From assembly GCF_009914755.1 (NCBI RefSeq), contig NC_060925.1: a stretch of 64,000 nt of DNA; one strand, given 5' to 3'. A program made the translations under genes and the position numbers. Within the stretch, counting starts at the first letter, position 1. The number at the start of each line of letters is the position of its first letter. The notes below the pieces were generated by a model that saw only the letters and a program-made list of their open reading frames with translations, had not been told where the DNA came from and did not search any database. Shown here in pieces: positions 29,041 to 44,920 of this stretch. Source of the DNA: the human T2T-CHM13v2.0 reference genome, Homo sapiens.

Positions 29041-29957
29041 ACATTAAAAATCTGTTCTTAAAAACCTATTTCTTCAGTGGAAAAGGATATTTAATTTAAT
29101 CTGTGAGAAATTCAGAAGAGCTTCTGAAAATCTAAGGAAAGCAAAGACATATTCTGATTCCATGTGTATTAAAAGTATTTGCTACTTAGATTAAGGAACA
29201 CAGGAGAAATAATCTTCAAAGTGCAACTTGGAAAAGAACATGATGACTACTAGACTGTATAGGTTAAATTATACAATAATAAAGACTTAAAAGGTTGGCA
29301 GTACCTGTTTCTTTTTATAGGGTTTTGAATTTATATTGATCAAGAAAATATTTGTAATTTAAAAGTCATTATCGATTATATAATTAAGTGATAATACACA
29401 AATATTTTAGTGTATTACCTATTACATATAAACATCTATTAAAATATTGTTATTTTTAACATTACTGTTTTCAGTACAAGTATTATTGCTATTTTTAGCA
29501 CAAGAAATTACTATTTTAAGTGTAAGTATTAGAAAATTTAGTTCCATTTTACTTTTTGAAACAAAACATATAGGAAATCAAAGTCATAAGAAATAAAATA
29601 TATAGCACTGGCAACTGATATAATGCTGACTTTTTTTTACAGCCTTCTATAGGTCCATGTGAAATAAACATAAAGCTCTCATTCATAAAATAAGGATTGG
29701 ACACTTTTTATAATTTTATTGTTTGTTAAACTATGAGGAAATTTCCAAGATATTCTGTTTTCAGTGTCATTCTCAATGTTAAAAATAAATCTGTCAATAA
29801 AGAGTGTTCCCTCCTTTGTATGTGTATGTTGCATTACCATTCTTACTGTGAGTTACTGAGAAAGCCATAGGCATATTTCTGGGAAATGTTATAATGCATA
29901 TTACACATTATTTTGCCTGCACAAAATACAAAACTGATTCAAATTAGAAGTAAAGAG

Positions 29958-30269
<312 letters not shown>

Positions 30270-30859
30270 CTAAGAATGTGAAACATATGTTTATGTTATA
30301 TATATAAATACCATAATCCTCCAAAAATAATCAACTTGAAAATTTTATATTTAGCATTGAGAAAGAATCAGCTATTGAGCAAGATATAGAATTAATCATT
30401 TCATTTAGGTTGTAACACTTATTCAAATTATATTAAAATGTTGACTTCAAAATTTTAAAGGCTTACTTCCTAAACATTCACCCTGCTAAACTAAAATACT
30501 ATTTCGGTTCTGCTATGGCTTACTAATGATTAAACTATAACTTTTGTTGTAGACACTCTTGTAAATGATTAGCATGTCGTGATTCAACCTGAAAATTTTG
30601 CTTTGAGCTTGTCACATTTTTCAATAATTCAATTTCCTTCAGTGTATGTGCACTTGTTTCTATTCCTGTCATACCAACAGGAGCATATATACTAGAAGTT
30701 AGATAGCAGCTCAGCACTTTGCCAAAGAGGGCATGGGAATCTTTTGCAAGTGCCACGTCTCATCTCATTCTAAGGATCTAGAGAAGCATGTTGTACAATC
30801 ATCCAGGTCATAAGGTGATCTACATCTCTCATTCCATATGTAATGTGTAAAATTCCTTT

Positions 30860-31060
30860 TGTAGCATTGGAGTGTGGTAAATTTAACAGGGCAATGAGCT
30901 TGAACCTAAAGCCTTGGATAAAAGTTCCCAGGATTATGCTTGATGTTTGTGCAGCTTGGGAAAGTCCCCATAGATTTTAATCTATTGTGACATAAGAATA
31001 CATACCAAGGCTTTTGTGAGAATTACATGAAATGACTACCTGTAAACACTGACGGATAAT
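30860..31060 (+). mobile_element. MIR
   Basis: gtagcattggagtgtggtaa...cttgggaaagtc...ttgtgagaatta.atga core. Confidence 0.55.
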
Positions 31061-31107
31061 AATTGTATACATATGCAATAGAAAAATACCATTAATAGGA
31101 AACTTCT

Positions 31108-31341
31108 CCAGGCACAGTGGTACAAACCTGTAAGCCCAGAACTTTGAGGGGCTAAGGCAGGAAGATGGCTTGATACCAGGAGTTCAACACCAGCCTGGGA
31201 AACATAGTGAGACCACCACCTCTACAATTTTTTTTTAATTAGCCAGGCTAGTGGCACATGACCATAGTCTTAGCTACTTGGGAGGCTGAGGTTGGGCGGT
31301 TCACTTGAGCCCAGGAGTTTGAGGCTGCAGTGAGCTGTAAT
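31108..31341 (+). mobile_element. AluJ lacking its 3' end
   Basis: Ends abruptly at gaggctgcagtgagctgtaat with no tail. Confidence 0.88.
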
Positions 31342-31642
31342 GGTTTTGTTTATACATGGCATACATTTTTTGTTGTTGTTTATACACTGTGTAAATTTTT
31401 TTTTTGTTTATAGATGGCATAAATTTTTATGTATGGCGTACATGAAGACATTCTCAGATAAAATTAAATACTAATAAATTAAAAATAAATCTCAAAGTAT
31501 CATCTTCAATGTCATCAAACTTGACTCCTTTTACTCATAGAAATTTATTATCCATTCTACTTGAACTTGTAATACATTCACAGAACCATCACAAAAACAC
31601 AAGCATATATATACTTGATATTTATTGTCTTTATTTTACATA

Positions 31643-31816
31643 AGCTGTGTATGTGCATATATGTGTGTATATCTATACATACTATATATATACACACATA
31701 TATAGATATATTTATCTCTAGATATTTTAGAGAAATTTACATGAGCTGTGTATGTGCATATATGTGTATATCTATACATACTATATATACACACATATAT
31801 AGATATATTTATCTCT
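31643..31816 (+). repeat. Tandem duplication of a ~75-bp TA/CA-rich unit (~101-bp period)
   Basis: agctgtgtatgtgcatatatgtgt...atagatatatttatctct at 31643 and 31744. Confidence 0.9.
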
Positions 31817-32382
31817 CCAAATACATATACTTGTTTTTGAATGCCAAATGCTAAACCTATGGTTGATGTTAAAAATTGTAGAATATGAGAAAAAAATAAG
31901 TCTACAGATAAGATATTGTCAGGAACATCCTCTCACCCTTTGGTTGTATGCAATTCCCAGGGAGGTAGTTATTAGGATAATTTTAAAAAGTCAATATATG
32001 TCAATTATGCAATAAATTTTTCCATCTCTTTGTCTTAAGTCAGGCTTGTTCCAGGATGTTACTTAATGTTAATAGTTTGATTGATGCTATATTACTTGCC
32101 AAGTTCTTTTATTTTTTTTTATTTTTTTTAATTTATTTTTATTTTTATTTTTATTTTTTTTTAATTTTTTTTTTTTTATTATACTCTAAGTTTTAGAGTA
32201 CATGTGCACATTGTGCAGGTTAGTTACATATGTATACATGTGACATGCTGGTGCGCTGCACCCACTAACTCGTCATCTAGCCTTAGGTATATCTCCCAAT
32301 GCTATCCCTCCCCCCTCCCCCGACCCCACCACAGTCCCCAGAGTGTGATATTCCCCTTCCTGTGTCCATGTGATCTCATTGT

Positions 32383-36209
<3,827 letters not shown>

Positions 36210-36272
36210 TATGATGTTAGCTGGTGATTTTGCTCGTTAGTTGATGCAGTTTCTTCCTAGTCTCGATGGTCT

Positions 36273-37289
36273 TTACATTTTGGCATGATTTTGCAGTGGC
36301 TGGTACCGGTTGTTCCTTTCCATGTTTAGCGCTTCCTTCAGGAGCTCTTTTAGGGCAGGCCTGGTGGTGACAAAATCTCTCAGCATTTGCTTGTCTATAA
36401 AGTATTTTATTTCTCCTTCACTTATGAAGCTTAGTTTGGCTGGATATGAAATTCTGGGTTGAAAATTCTTTTCTTTAAGAATGTTGAATATTGGCCCCCA
36501 CTCTCTTCTGGCTTGTAGGGTTTCTGCCGAGAGATCCGCTGTTAGTCTGATGGGCTTTCCTTTGAGGGTAACCCGACCTTTCTCTCTGGCTGCCCTTAAC
36601 ATTTTTTCCTTCATTTCAACTTTGGTGAATCTGACAATTATGTGTCTTGGAGTTGCTCTTCTCGAGGACTATCTTTGTGGCGTTCTCTGTATTTCCTGAA
36701 TCTGAACGTTGGCCTGCCTTGCTAGATTGGGGAAGTTCTCCTGGATAATATCCTGCAGAGTGTTTTCCAACTTGGTTCCATTCTCCACATCACTTTCAGG
36801 TACACCAATCAGACGTAGATTTGGTCTTTTCACATAGTCCCATATTTCTTGGAGGCTTTGCTCATTTCTTTTTATTCTTTTTTCTCTAAACTTCCCTTCT
36901 CGCTTCATTTCATTCATTTCATCTTCCATTGCTGATACCCTTTCTTCCAGTTGATCGCATCGGCTCCTGAGGCTTCTGCATTCTTCACGTAGTTCTCGAG
37001 CCTTGGTTTTCAGCTCCATCAGCTCCTTTAAGCACTTCTCTGTATTGGTTATTCTAGTTATACATTCTTCTAAATTTTTTTCAAAGTTTTCAACTTCTTT
37101 GCCTTTGGTTTGAATGTCCTCCCGTAGCTCAGAGTAATTTGATCGTCTGAAGCCTTCTTCTCTCAGCTCGTCAAAATCATTCTCCATCCAGCTTTGTTCT
37201 GTTGCTGGTGAGGAACTGCGTTCCTTTGGAGGAGGAGAGGCGCTCTGCGTTTTAGAGTTTCCAGTTTTTCTGTTCTGTTTTTTCCCCAT
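36273..37289 (-). pseudogene. ORF1: L1 ORF1p (RNA-binding chaperone), nonsense mutation at codon 207
   Basis: ORF track segments MGKKQNRKTGNSKTQSAS...QRTPQR and MKEKMLRAARE...NHAKM are in one frame and span 338 codons; Tyr207 is TAG at 36669-36671. Confidence 0.96.
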
Positions 37290-38192
37290 CTTTGTGGTTT
37301 TATCTACTTTTGGTCTTTGATGATGGTGATGTACAGATGGGTTTTCGGTGTAGATGTCCTTTCTGGTTGTTAGTTTTCCTTCTAACAGACAGGACCCTCA
37401 GCTGCAGGTCTGTTGGAATACCCTGCTGTGTGAGGTGTCAGTGTGCCCCTGCTGGGGGGTGCCTCCCAGTTAGGCTGCTCGGGGGTCAGGGGTCAGGGAC
37501 CCACTTGAGGAGGCAGTCTGCCCGTTCTCAGATCTCCAGCTGCGTGCTGGGAGAACCACTGCTCTCTTCAAAGCTGTCAGACAGGGACACTTAAGTCTGC
37601 AGAGGTTACTGCTGTCTTTTTGTTTGTCTGTGCCCTGCCCCCAGAGGTGGAGCCTACAGAGGCAGGCAGGCCTCCTTGAGCTGTGGTGGGCTCCACCCAG
37701 TTCGAGCTTCCCAGCTGCTTTGTTTACCTAAGCAAGCCTGGGCAATGGCGGGCGCCCCTCCCCCAGCCTCGCTGCCGCCTTGCAGTTTGATCTCAGACTG
37801 CTGTGCTAGCAATCAGCGAGACTCCGTGGGCGTAGGACCCTCTGAGCCAGGTGCGGGATATAGTCTCGTGGTGCGCCATTTCTTAAGCCGGTCTGAAAAG
37901 CGCAATATTCGGGTGGGAGTGACCCGATTTTCCAGGTGCGTCCGTCACCCCTTTCTTTGACTCGGAAAGGGAACTCCCTGACCCCTTGCGCTTCCCAGGT
38001 GAGGCAATGCCTCGCCCTGCTTCGGCTCGCGCGGGGTGCGCGCACACACTGACCTGCGCCCACTGTCTGGCACTCCCTAGTGAGATGAACCCGGTACCTC
38101 AGATGGAAATGCAGAAATCACCCGTCTTCTGCGTCGCTCACGCTGGGAGCTGTAGACCGGAGCTGTTCCTATTCGGCCATCTTGGCTCCTCC
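37290..38192 (-). promoter_or_regulatory. L1 5' UTR: internal sense promoter, antisense promoter and YY1 site
   Basis: CpG-retaining ~900-bp UTR; YY1 motif CAAGATGGCCG intact near 38174-38185. Confidence 0.9.
37745..37960 (+). CDS. ORF0: L1 antisense ORF0, 71 aa, intact
   Basis: ATG at 37745 in gcaATGg context; MAGAPPPASLPPCSLISDCC...RCVRHPFL matches the known primate L1 ORF0 in sequence and length. Expression at this locus is not shown. Confidence 0.85.
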   Translation: MAGAPPPASLPPCSLISDCCASNQRDSVGVGPSEPGAGYSLVVRHFLSRSEKRNIRVGVTRFSRCVRHPFL

Positions 38193-38249
38193 GCCAAGTT
38201 CTTTTAAAACACACCACAAGTCCAAGAGAGCTTTAAAATGAGTGGCCAT

Positions 38250-38600
<351 letters not shown>

Positions 38601-38924
38601 TTACATTTTGATTATTGGCCAACCCACTTTTAGCCGAGAATATCTGGTGATGACAAATATTCTACCACTCAGACAATCATTTTTCCATGGCATTCTGAGA
38701 GTCTTAAATAGCTTAAATATTTAGGATGCTCAACTTGACTCAAAGTCTGAGTCTATGTTCTACTGGCTAGATACCACGGTTACTAATTTCTTTCTTTTAC
38801 CCATTCCATTCTACTTGAAACCATTACTCTAATTAGATTATCATCTTAAAAATAACCCTTGTAAATGATAGAGATTTGGGCAATCAAATATCAGCTTCTT
38901 CCTAGAATAAATAGTAATGCCCAA

Positions 38925-39320
38925 TGCATTACTTAGGATTCTCTGTGTGTAAATTAACACACAGCACAATTGATATCAACTTAAATAATAAGGGACATTT
39001 ATTGGTTTGCATTATTAGATAGTCCAGACACAAAATAGGTTTCAGGGTTGTGTTTATTCACTGACTCACTGATGAGCTGGTACTTTCTTTCCTGTGAGCT
39101 CTGCCTTCCATGATTTCAAGTCCCTCAAGGGAAAATGGCCAGAGAAATTCACTCTGCACAGCACACTATTCAGAGGGATGGAGAAGGCTGGCATCCATCA
39201 ATTACTGGAAAAGAAAAACCATGCTTTCTAGAAATTCCTAATGCACTTTTCTCTTTTTCTAATTATGTCTGTTTGGAGTAACATGCCCTTTCTTGAACAA
39301 TTTCAATTGGACAAAGGGAT
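38925..39320 (-). mobile_element. Old MLT1J/K-like LTR
   Basis: ttaggattct...aacttaaataataagggacatttattgg...agtccag antisense MLT1 text. Confidence 0.5.
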
Positions 39321-39662
39321 ACATAATAGTTAATTTAGATTTGATATCCTAGATCATTCAGGTTGCAAAGAAAATGGAATTTGGATTTCCAATCTAGACA
39401 TTTTCATTCTGATGTCAAAGTTAAAAGAATATGAGAATTAGGGCATTTTCATGCATGTATATTCTCAGATATTTTTCTATCAAACTCCTCCCTCCAGGAA
39501 GCCTCAAGGGAGTATGAACTTCTCAGATGAGAGTGTAACCCAAGAAAGAGAAGACATGAGATCTAGAAAACAGATGAGCCAGAGCCTCAGAAAGATGCTG
39601 TAAATCTCAGAATGATCATGAGGAAGATTTTTGGATAACAGTGTTCAAGATACACAAAACAC

Positions 39663-40033
39663 TGTATTAGTCTGTTTTCATGCTTCTGATAAAGGTATAC
39701 CCGAGACTGGGTAATTTATAAAGAAAAAGAGGTTTAAAGGACTCACAGTTCCACCTGGCTGGGGAGGCCTCACAATCATGGCAGAAGGTGAGGGAAGAAC
39801 AAAGGCACATTTTACATGGCAGCAGGCAAAGAGAATGAAAGCCAAGCAAAAGGGGAAACTTGTATAAAACCATCAGATCTCATGAGACTTATTCACTACC
39901 ACAAGAACAGTATGGGAAAGACCTGCCCCCATGATTCAGTTACCTCCTACCAGGTCTCTCCCACAACACATGGGAATTATGGTAACTACAATTCAAGATG
40001 AAATTTGGGTGGGGACACAGCCAAACCATATCA
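39663..40033 (-). mobile_element. THE1C-like solo LTR
   Basis: tgtattagtc...ccaaaccatatca; perfect 5-bp TSD AACAC (39658-39662, 40034-40038). Confidence 0.93.
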
Positions 40034-40884
40034 AACACCTATTTAAAAAAATCAAGAACTATGTAATAGAAAAAAATTGGCAAAACATATAAACTGGCAC
40101 ATTACAGATGAAGAAATACTAATATTCAGTTAACATGAAATGACATTCAAGTTCACTTGTTACTAGAAAATGATTTTAATGGTATGTACTCTAATTTTAA
40201 CTATTGCACTTGCTGTAATTGTGCAGTTTTGTTGAGCTAAATAAGTTCTAAATTTATATCTTCATTTAACAGTTAATTCTTATATTTTCATTGGGTAATT
40301 TAGTATAAGATCTCTATATCATGAATGATTATCTTGATATAGTAATCTGCATTATTTTAATCAGATTTTCCCCAGCACATGATAAAAAAAAATCTCACGT
40401 AACTATGTGTGATATTTGCTTAATATATCGTTTTTACAAAAGTGAATTTCAGGCCATCACAACTGTGAATATGCACTTAAAATACCGTCTCATATTTTAC
40501 AATGTTTCCTGTGGTGTAAGCTGAAATTTGGGGTTAGCAAACCTATCATTAAAAGAGCACACTTATGTTTTCTTTATAAATTCACATGATGTCAATTAAA
40601 ACTGCCAAGTAGAGCATATCTTGTTGCTTAGAGGAATATTAATTTTTCCTTTTTAAATAGTCTTATTACAAACTGAATACAGAGTATCTACAAATAATAC
40701 AGAAACTATTTGTAGTGTATGCCTAGAATGTGAAGACTAAAAATATGAGAGCTCACTTACCCACCAGCCACACTACAAAGTAAAACATAATCCTTGAAGC
40801 CCCATGCATGCTCCTTTCCTGACCCTATCTATCTCTGTCAAACCTCAGAAAACTGCTCTATAGAACTTTAAATATTATTCACTT

Positions 40885-41070
40885 ATGGATGAAAATCCCA
40901 GCTCACCACTTCCCAGGTCATTGATTTTCAGCAAGATTCTTGCTCTTTCTCTATTTCATATCAGAATAGAATTTTTATGAGAAAGACATTAAATAATATA
41001 TAAATTGTGTTTCTATATAGACAGTCCATTGCATACTACAAGCTCCACACATGCTAGCTAGTAATACTGG
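40885..41070 (+). mobile_element. MIR fragment
   Basis: aatcccagctcaccacttcc core. Confidence 0.5.
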
Positions 41071-43499
41071 CAGTATTAGTAATGGTATTAGAATTATACT
41101 ACAAAGAGAAAAAATAGAATTAGTCATGTATTTTCCTTCCCTGGGATATTTCAGAAATACATCTTGATTTATTGATTCGATGTTTCAAGTCTATTTATTT
41201 TTTGCTTTGTCTTTGTTGGAGTCCACATTATCTACAAGAGTTCCACTGACTTCACAAAATCTTGAGACTTAGAGCAGCTTGTTTCTTCACAATCTGTAGA
41301 AGATTAAGAAAGGAATTAAGATTTTTAATTCATATGTAAAATTCAGAATGCACACACCCAGAAAATAAGCATTCAGAGAATGTAAACATTTGACACTTCA
41401 CGTTTACTAGGAGGTAGGGATGGACAGAACCATAATAGAAGGTCCAGAAAGAGCAAAGTTAGCAATAGGAAGAGACAAAAATAGTTAAAAAAAAATACAC
41501 ATCCTGATAAATGTGTATACTATTTTGTTACATTGCAAGGAGAACAAACTTGATAAGAAAAATTTTCATGTGTTCAGCTGCTAGGAATGCCAGGACCATA
41601 CCACTGTGATCAATGGTAGAAGGAGAGGATTTGGAAATTGACTGGATATGGAGAAGCTACTGACCCAGCTGAGTGCTGGCTCTTTGGAGATATGCTGAAG
41701 TCCAAACTTTGTGTAAAAGGGCATTAAAAATTCGATGTATTTAGCTTAGATTTCAGTTTAGAGAGAGGACATTCTGATATTGGATGACACTTGAAGTCTG
41801 TGTGAAACACCATAATGTATACAATTATTTCAGAACAGATCTAATATCAACAGTGAAAACACATCAGACATAGGGTCTAGGTTTTACTGTATGTATTTAA
41901 CCAAATTCATTTACCCATTAGTTCACTTAAATACCATTAAAGCCTAGTATTTTCTAAAATTTTCTAGTGCATCAAGAATACAGCTGTGGACAAGAATGGC
42001 TAGAATTGAGATCATGTATAACAAAGGCTATCATTAAAGACTGATGATTAAAAAAGTAATTGCAATGTAGTTTTGATTTGCCCAACCATTTAGAAGTGCA
42101 CAACAGAGTGCCTAACATCAGATCATTCAGGTTTTAAATTGCTGAATAGGAACCCAAGGCTGAATCTCATTCTTATAAAAACAAGGAGTTAGTTTTAGAG
42201 TAGATTCAGGTAAGTGGACACTAAGATATTCAGAGCTCTTTTCAAGTGCACAGACATCAGATCTATAGAATTAGACCACAAATTTCACTGGAAATCTAAT
42301 AACCTCATTGCTTTGCTTATGTCAGTCAAGACTTCATTGAGGTTAGCCTCAATGGGGATATCCTCATTGAGGATAACTACTAGTAATTAAAATGGGTAGA
42401 ACTAGTAAAAGATGGGCTTAGCATAACCATAGATGCCAGGGGTGCATCAACTAAATTTCGTATTTTAGAAGGGTCGCGTATAGAAATCAGGCCCTCTAGT
42501 AGTAACGTGCTGTCAGGCTCTCAATTTATAACGTTGATGATCTAAATTCACAGTTAATTCTAATTTGCAGGAGTTGTAGCAAGAAAAAATCAGAAGGGGG
42601 CAGCAAAGAGCTATCTGGGCCAGAGAAGATCCAATTTGAAAAGTAGCCAAAGAAGATTACCTTGTGTTAAATTACACAGAAAATGCTCTTCCAAAAGGGT
42701 GTCAAACCCATCAGAGTCATGGACCCAGATTACCTTTGACCTACTAGATGTTATTTTGCCCTGGTTTTCTTCCTGTCTCTCTGAGTATGTCTTAGTTTTC
42801 TTGCCTGTTTCTCTTTTCTCTATGTAACAATTATATATTTGTTTTCCAGGATTCTGGTCTTCATCTACTTTATTCTTGCTTTCCATACTTGCCGTCTCTT
42901 TATTTTAATGTATATTCTCTCATCCACTTCCACAGTAATAATTACCATGAACATTCTGAGAGAGAGCCTCTGCTAGCACATGAGACAGCCTTGGTGAGAG
43001 TTAGGAAATCATGCCACCTTTTATTGTATGATTTCAAGTAACTACCCCTGTTTTTACTTAAATCTGCTTCTTTTTCTCCAGCCCCTAATAGACTTTAATA
43101 ACCTCTTGGGTAAACCAATGGCCGTCTTCAGTCTCATTTCTTTTCCCCTAGGCAAAGGCACAGACTTCAAACCAATAAAATAAACATGGTTTTATGTTAG
43201 AAATTCACAAATACCCATCACTAAACAGTCTTCCAATACTAAGACTCTGTAATTACCTTCCAACCAGTCATGTACACTAGAATATGTGGCAGACATGTCA
43301 AAAACCAAACTCATTACCTTTCACCAAAAATATATGACTTCTATATTTGCTCTTTTGGTTAATCGTGATTCCTTGTACACCATCTGCCAAGTTTGGATGC
43401 TGTTACTAACCCCATTAATTTTAGTTCATAAATGACACCTCAACCTGGAAATGTGATAGCCTTATTGCTTTGTTCATGCCTCAAGACTTCAATGATACT

Positions 43500-44920
43500 A
43501 ACCTTGGAGAGTGTAACCATTAGTAATTAAAAATAGATACAACCAAGAGTTTTTGCTAATGTTTTCCATAGACTAGGTTACACCTTCTCTCACAATTTGC
43601 TTGCCCATGATTTAGTCCTCGAGTCACTGGCACCTGGTTTTCAGGCCCACTCTTCCAAGGAAACTAACATTCTCTATGACATAGCCTTTCTTTACTAAGT
43701 CCAGTGAATCTTTCCGATATACTTTGTTTTTGCGGTGTTTGAAACTACTCACCTCATCTTCCTCAGAATGTTCTCTTCTACCGCATTTAAAGTTCTCCAT
43801 CCTCTTTTTTCTCTCATGTCCTCTCTCTCTCTCGTGTGTGTGTGTGTGTGTGTGTATGTGTGTGTGTGTTGTCAGCTTCCTCTGACTATAAGAAAATTCT
43901 GAAACAATGGTATTTAGGAGATTTCATTTCTCAATCTTCCTACTTCTGTCTCTGTGTCCTCTCTGACTACAAGTAAATAATGAAATATTGATATTTAGGA
44001 GAGTTCTGATGTCAGTCTTCCTACTTCTCTCTCTTCCTCCTCTCTCTAGGTGCTGGGATCATTCTCACGATTTCACCTTCTATCTACAAGCTTAAGACTC
44101 CCCAAATTTATATCTATCTCTACATGTTTAATGGATGTCTTCACTTAAAAGTCATCAGGTACCTCAAATATGCTCAAGATGTAATGTAGCATCTTCTTCC
44201 CTAACCATGATATATTTCTCAAATTGGACACTCTGTTTACAGAATTATTCCCCTACTTTTACAAGCATGAATGATGAAGTCATTTAAAATTCCTTGCTTT
44301 ACTTTCCTTCTTTCATTCCTCACAAAAAGTCCCATTCCCTTCATTTATCTCCAAAAGTAATGATACTCTTCTTCCCATCATCTCTATTGCTGTTAGGACT
44401 TACTGTATCTCCCTTAGATTACTACAATGAAACTTCAATAATCTGTTTTACCCTATTTTTATCTATTCTTCTCCAATCATCCACAATGTGCATCTAATCA
44501 ATTAACTACCCATATATTTCTCTTTAATTATTCCACAGAATGTATGCAAAAATGTATAAAGTTCTTAAATTTTATTATTTGCACTCTTCAAAAAACTCTC
44601 AGAGCTCTCACCTCTCTGACTCTTATATGCTTCTCTCCAGCTGTATTAACAATAATTTTAATATAATACAAACATTTAGTATTTACTATATGCCAAATAT
44701 CTCAGTTTTCTTAATTATCAGATTTTTCTCTTGTGTCTTTGTGAAGGCTACTCCTGCTTTCTGAAATACATTTGCATACTGTTTGCCAACTCCTGTCCTT
44801 GAAGTCAGATGCCAACACTCCCCAAAGGTTTGATGCTCTTTGTACTGATGTCCTTTGTACATGCCCTTTGTATGTGGCATATTTCTATCTGAAAACCACT
44901 CAAATGTATTTATCAAGTGT
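43500..44920 (+). mobile_element. L2 fragment(s)
   Basis: ctaagtccagtg, gactccccaaatttatatct, ggatgtct...caggtacctcaaa, gattactacaat are L2 3' landmarks. Confidence 0.65.
43820..43869 (+). repeat. (CT)n(GT)n compound microsatellite
   Basis: Directly visible. Confidence 0.95.
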
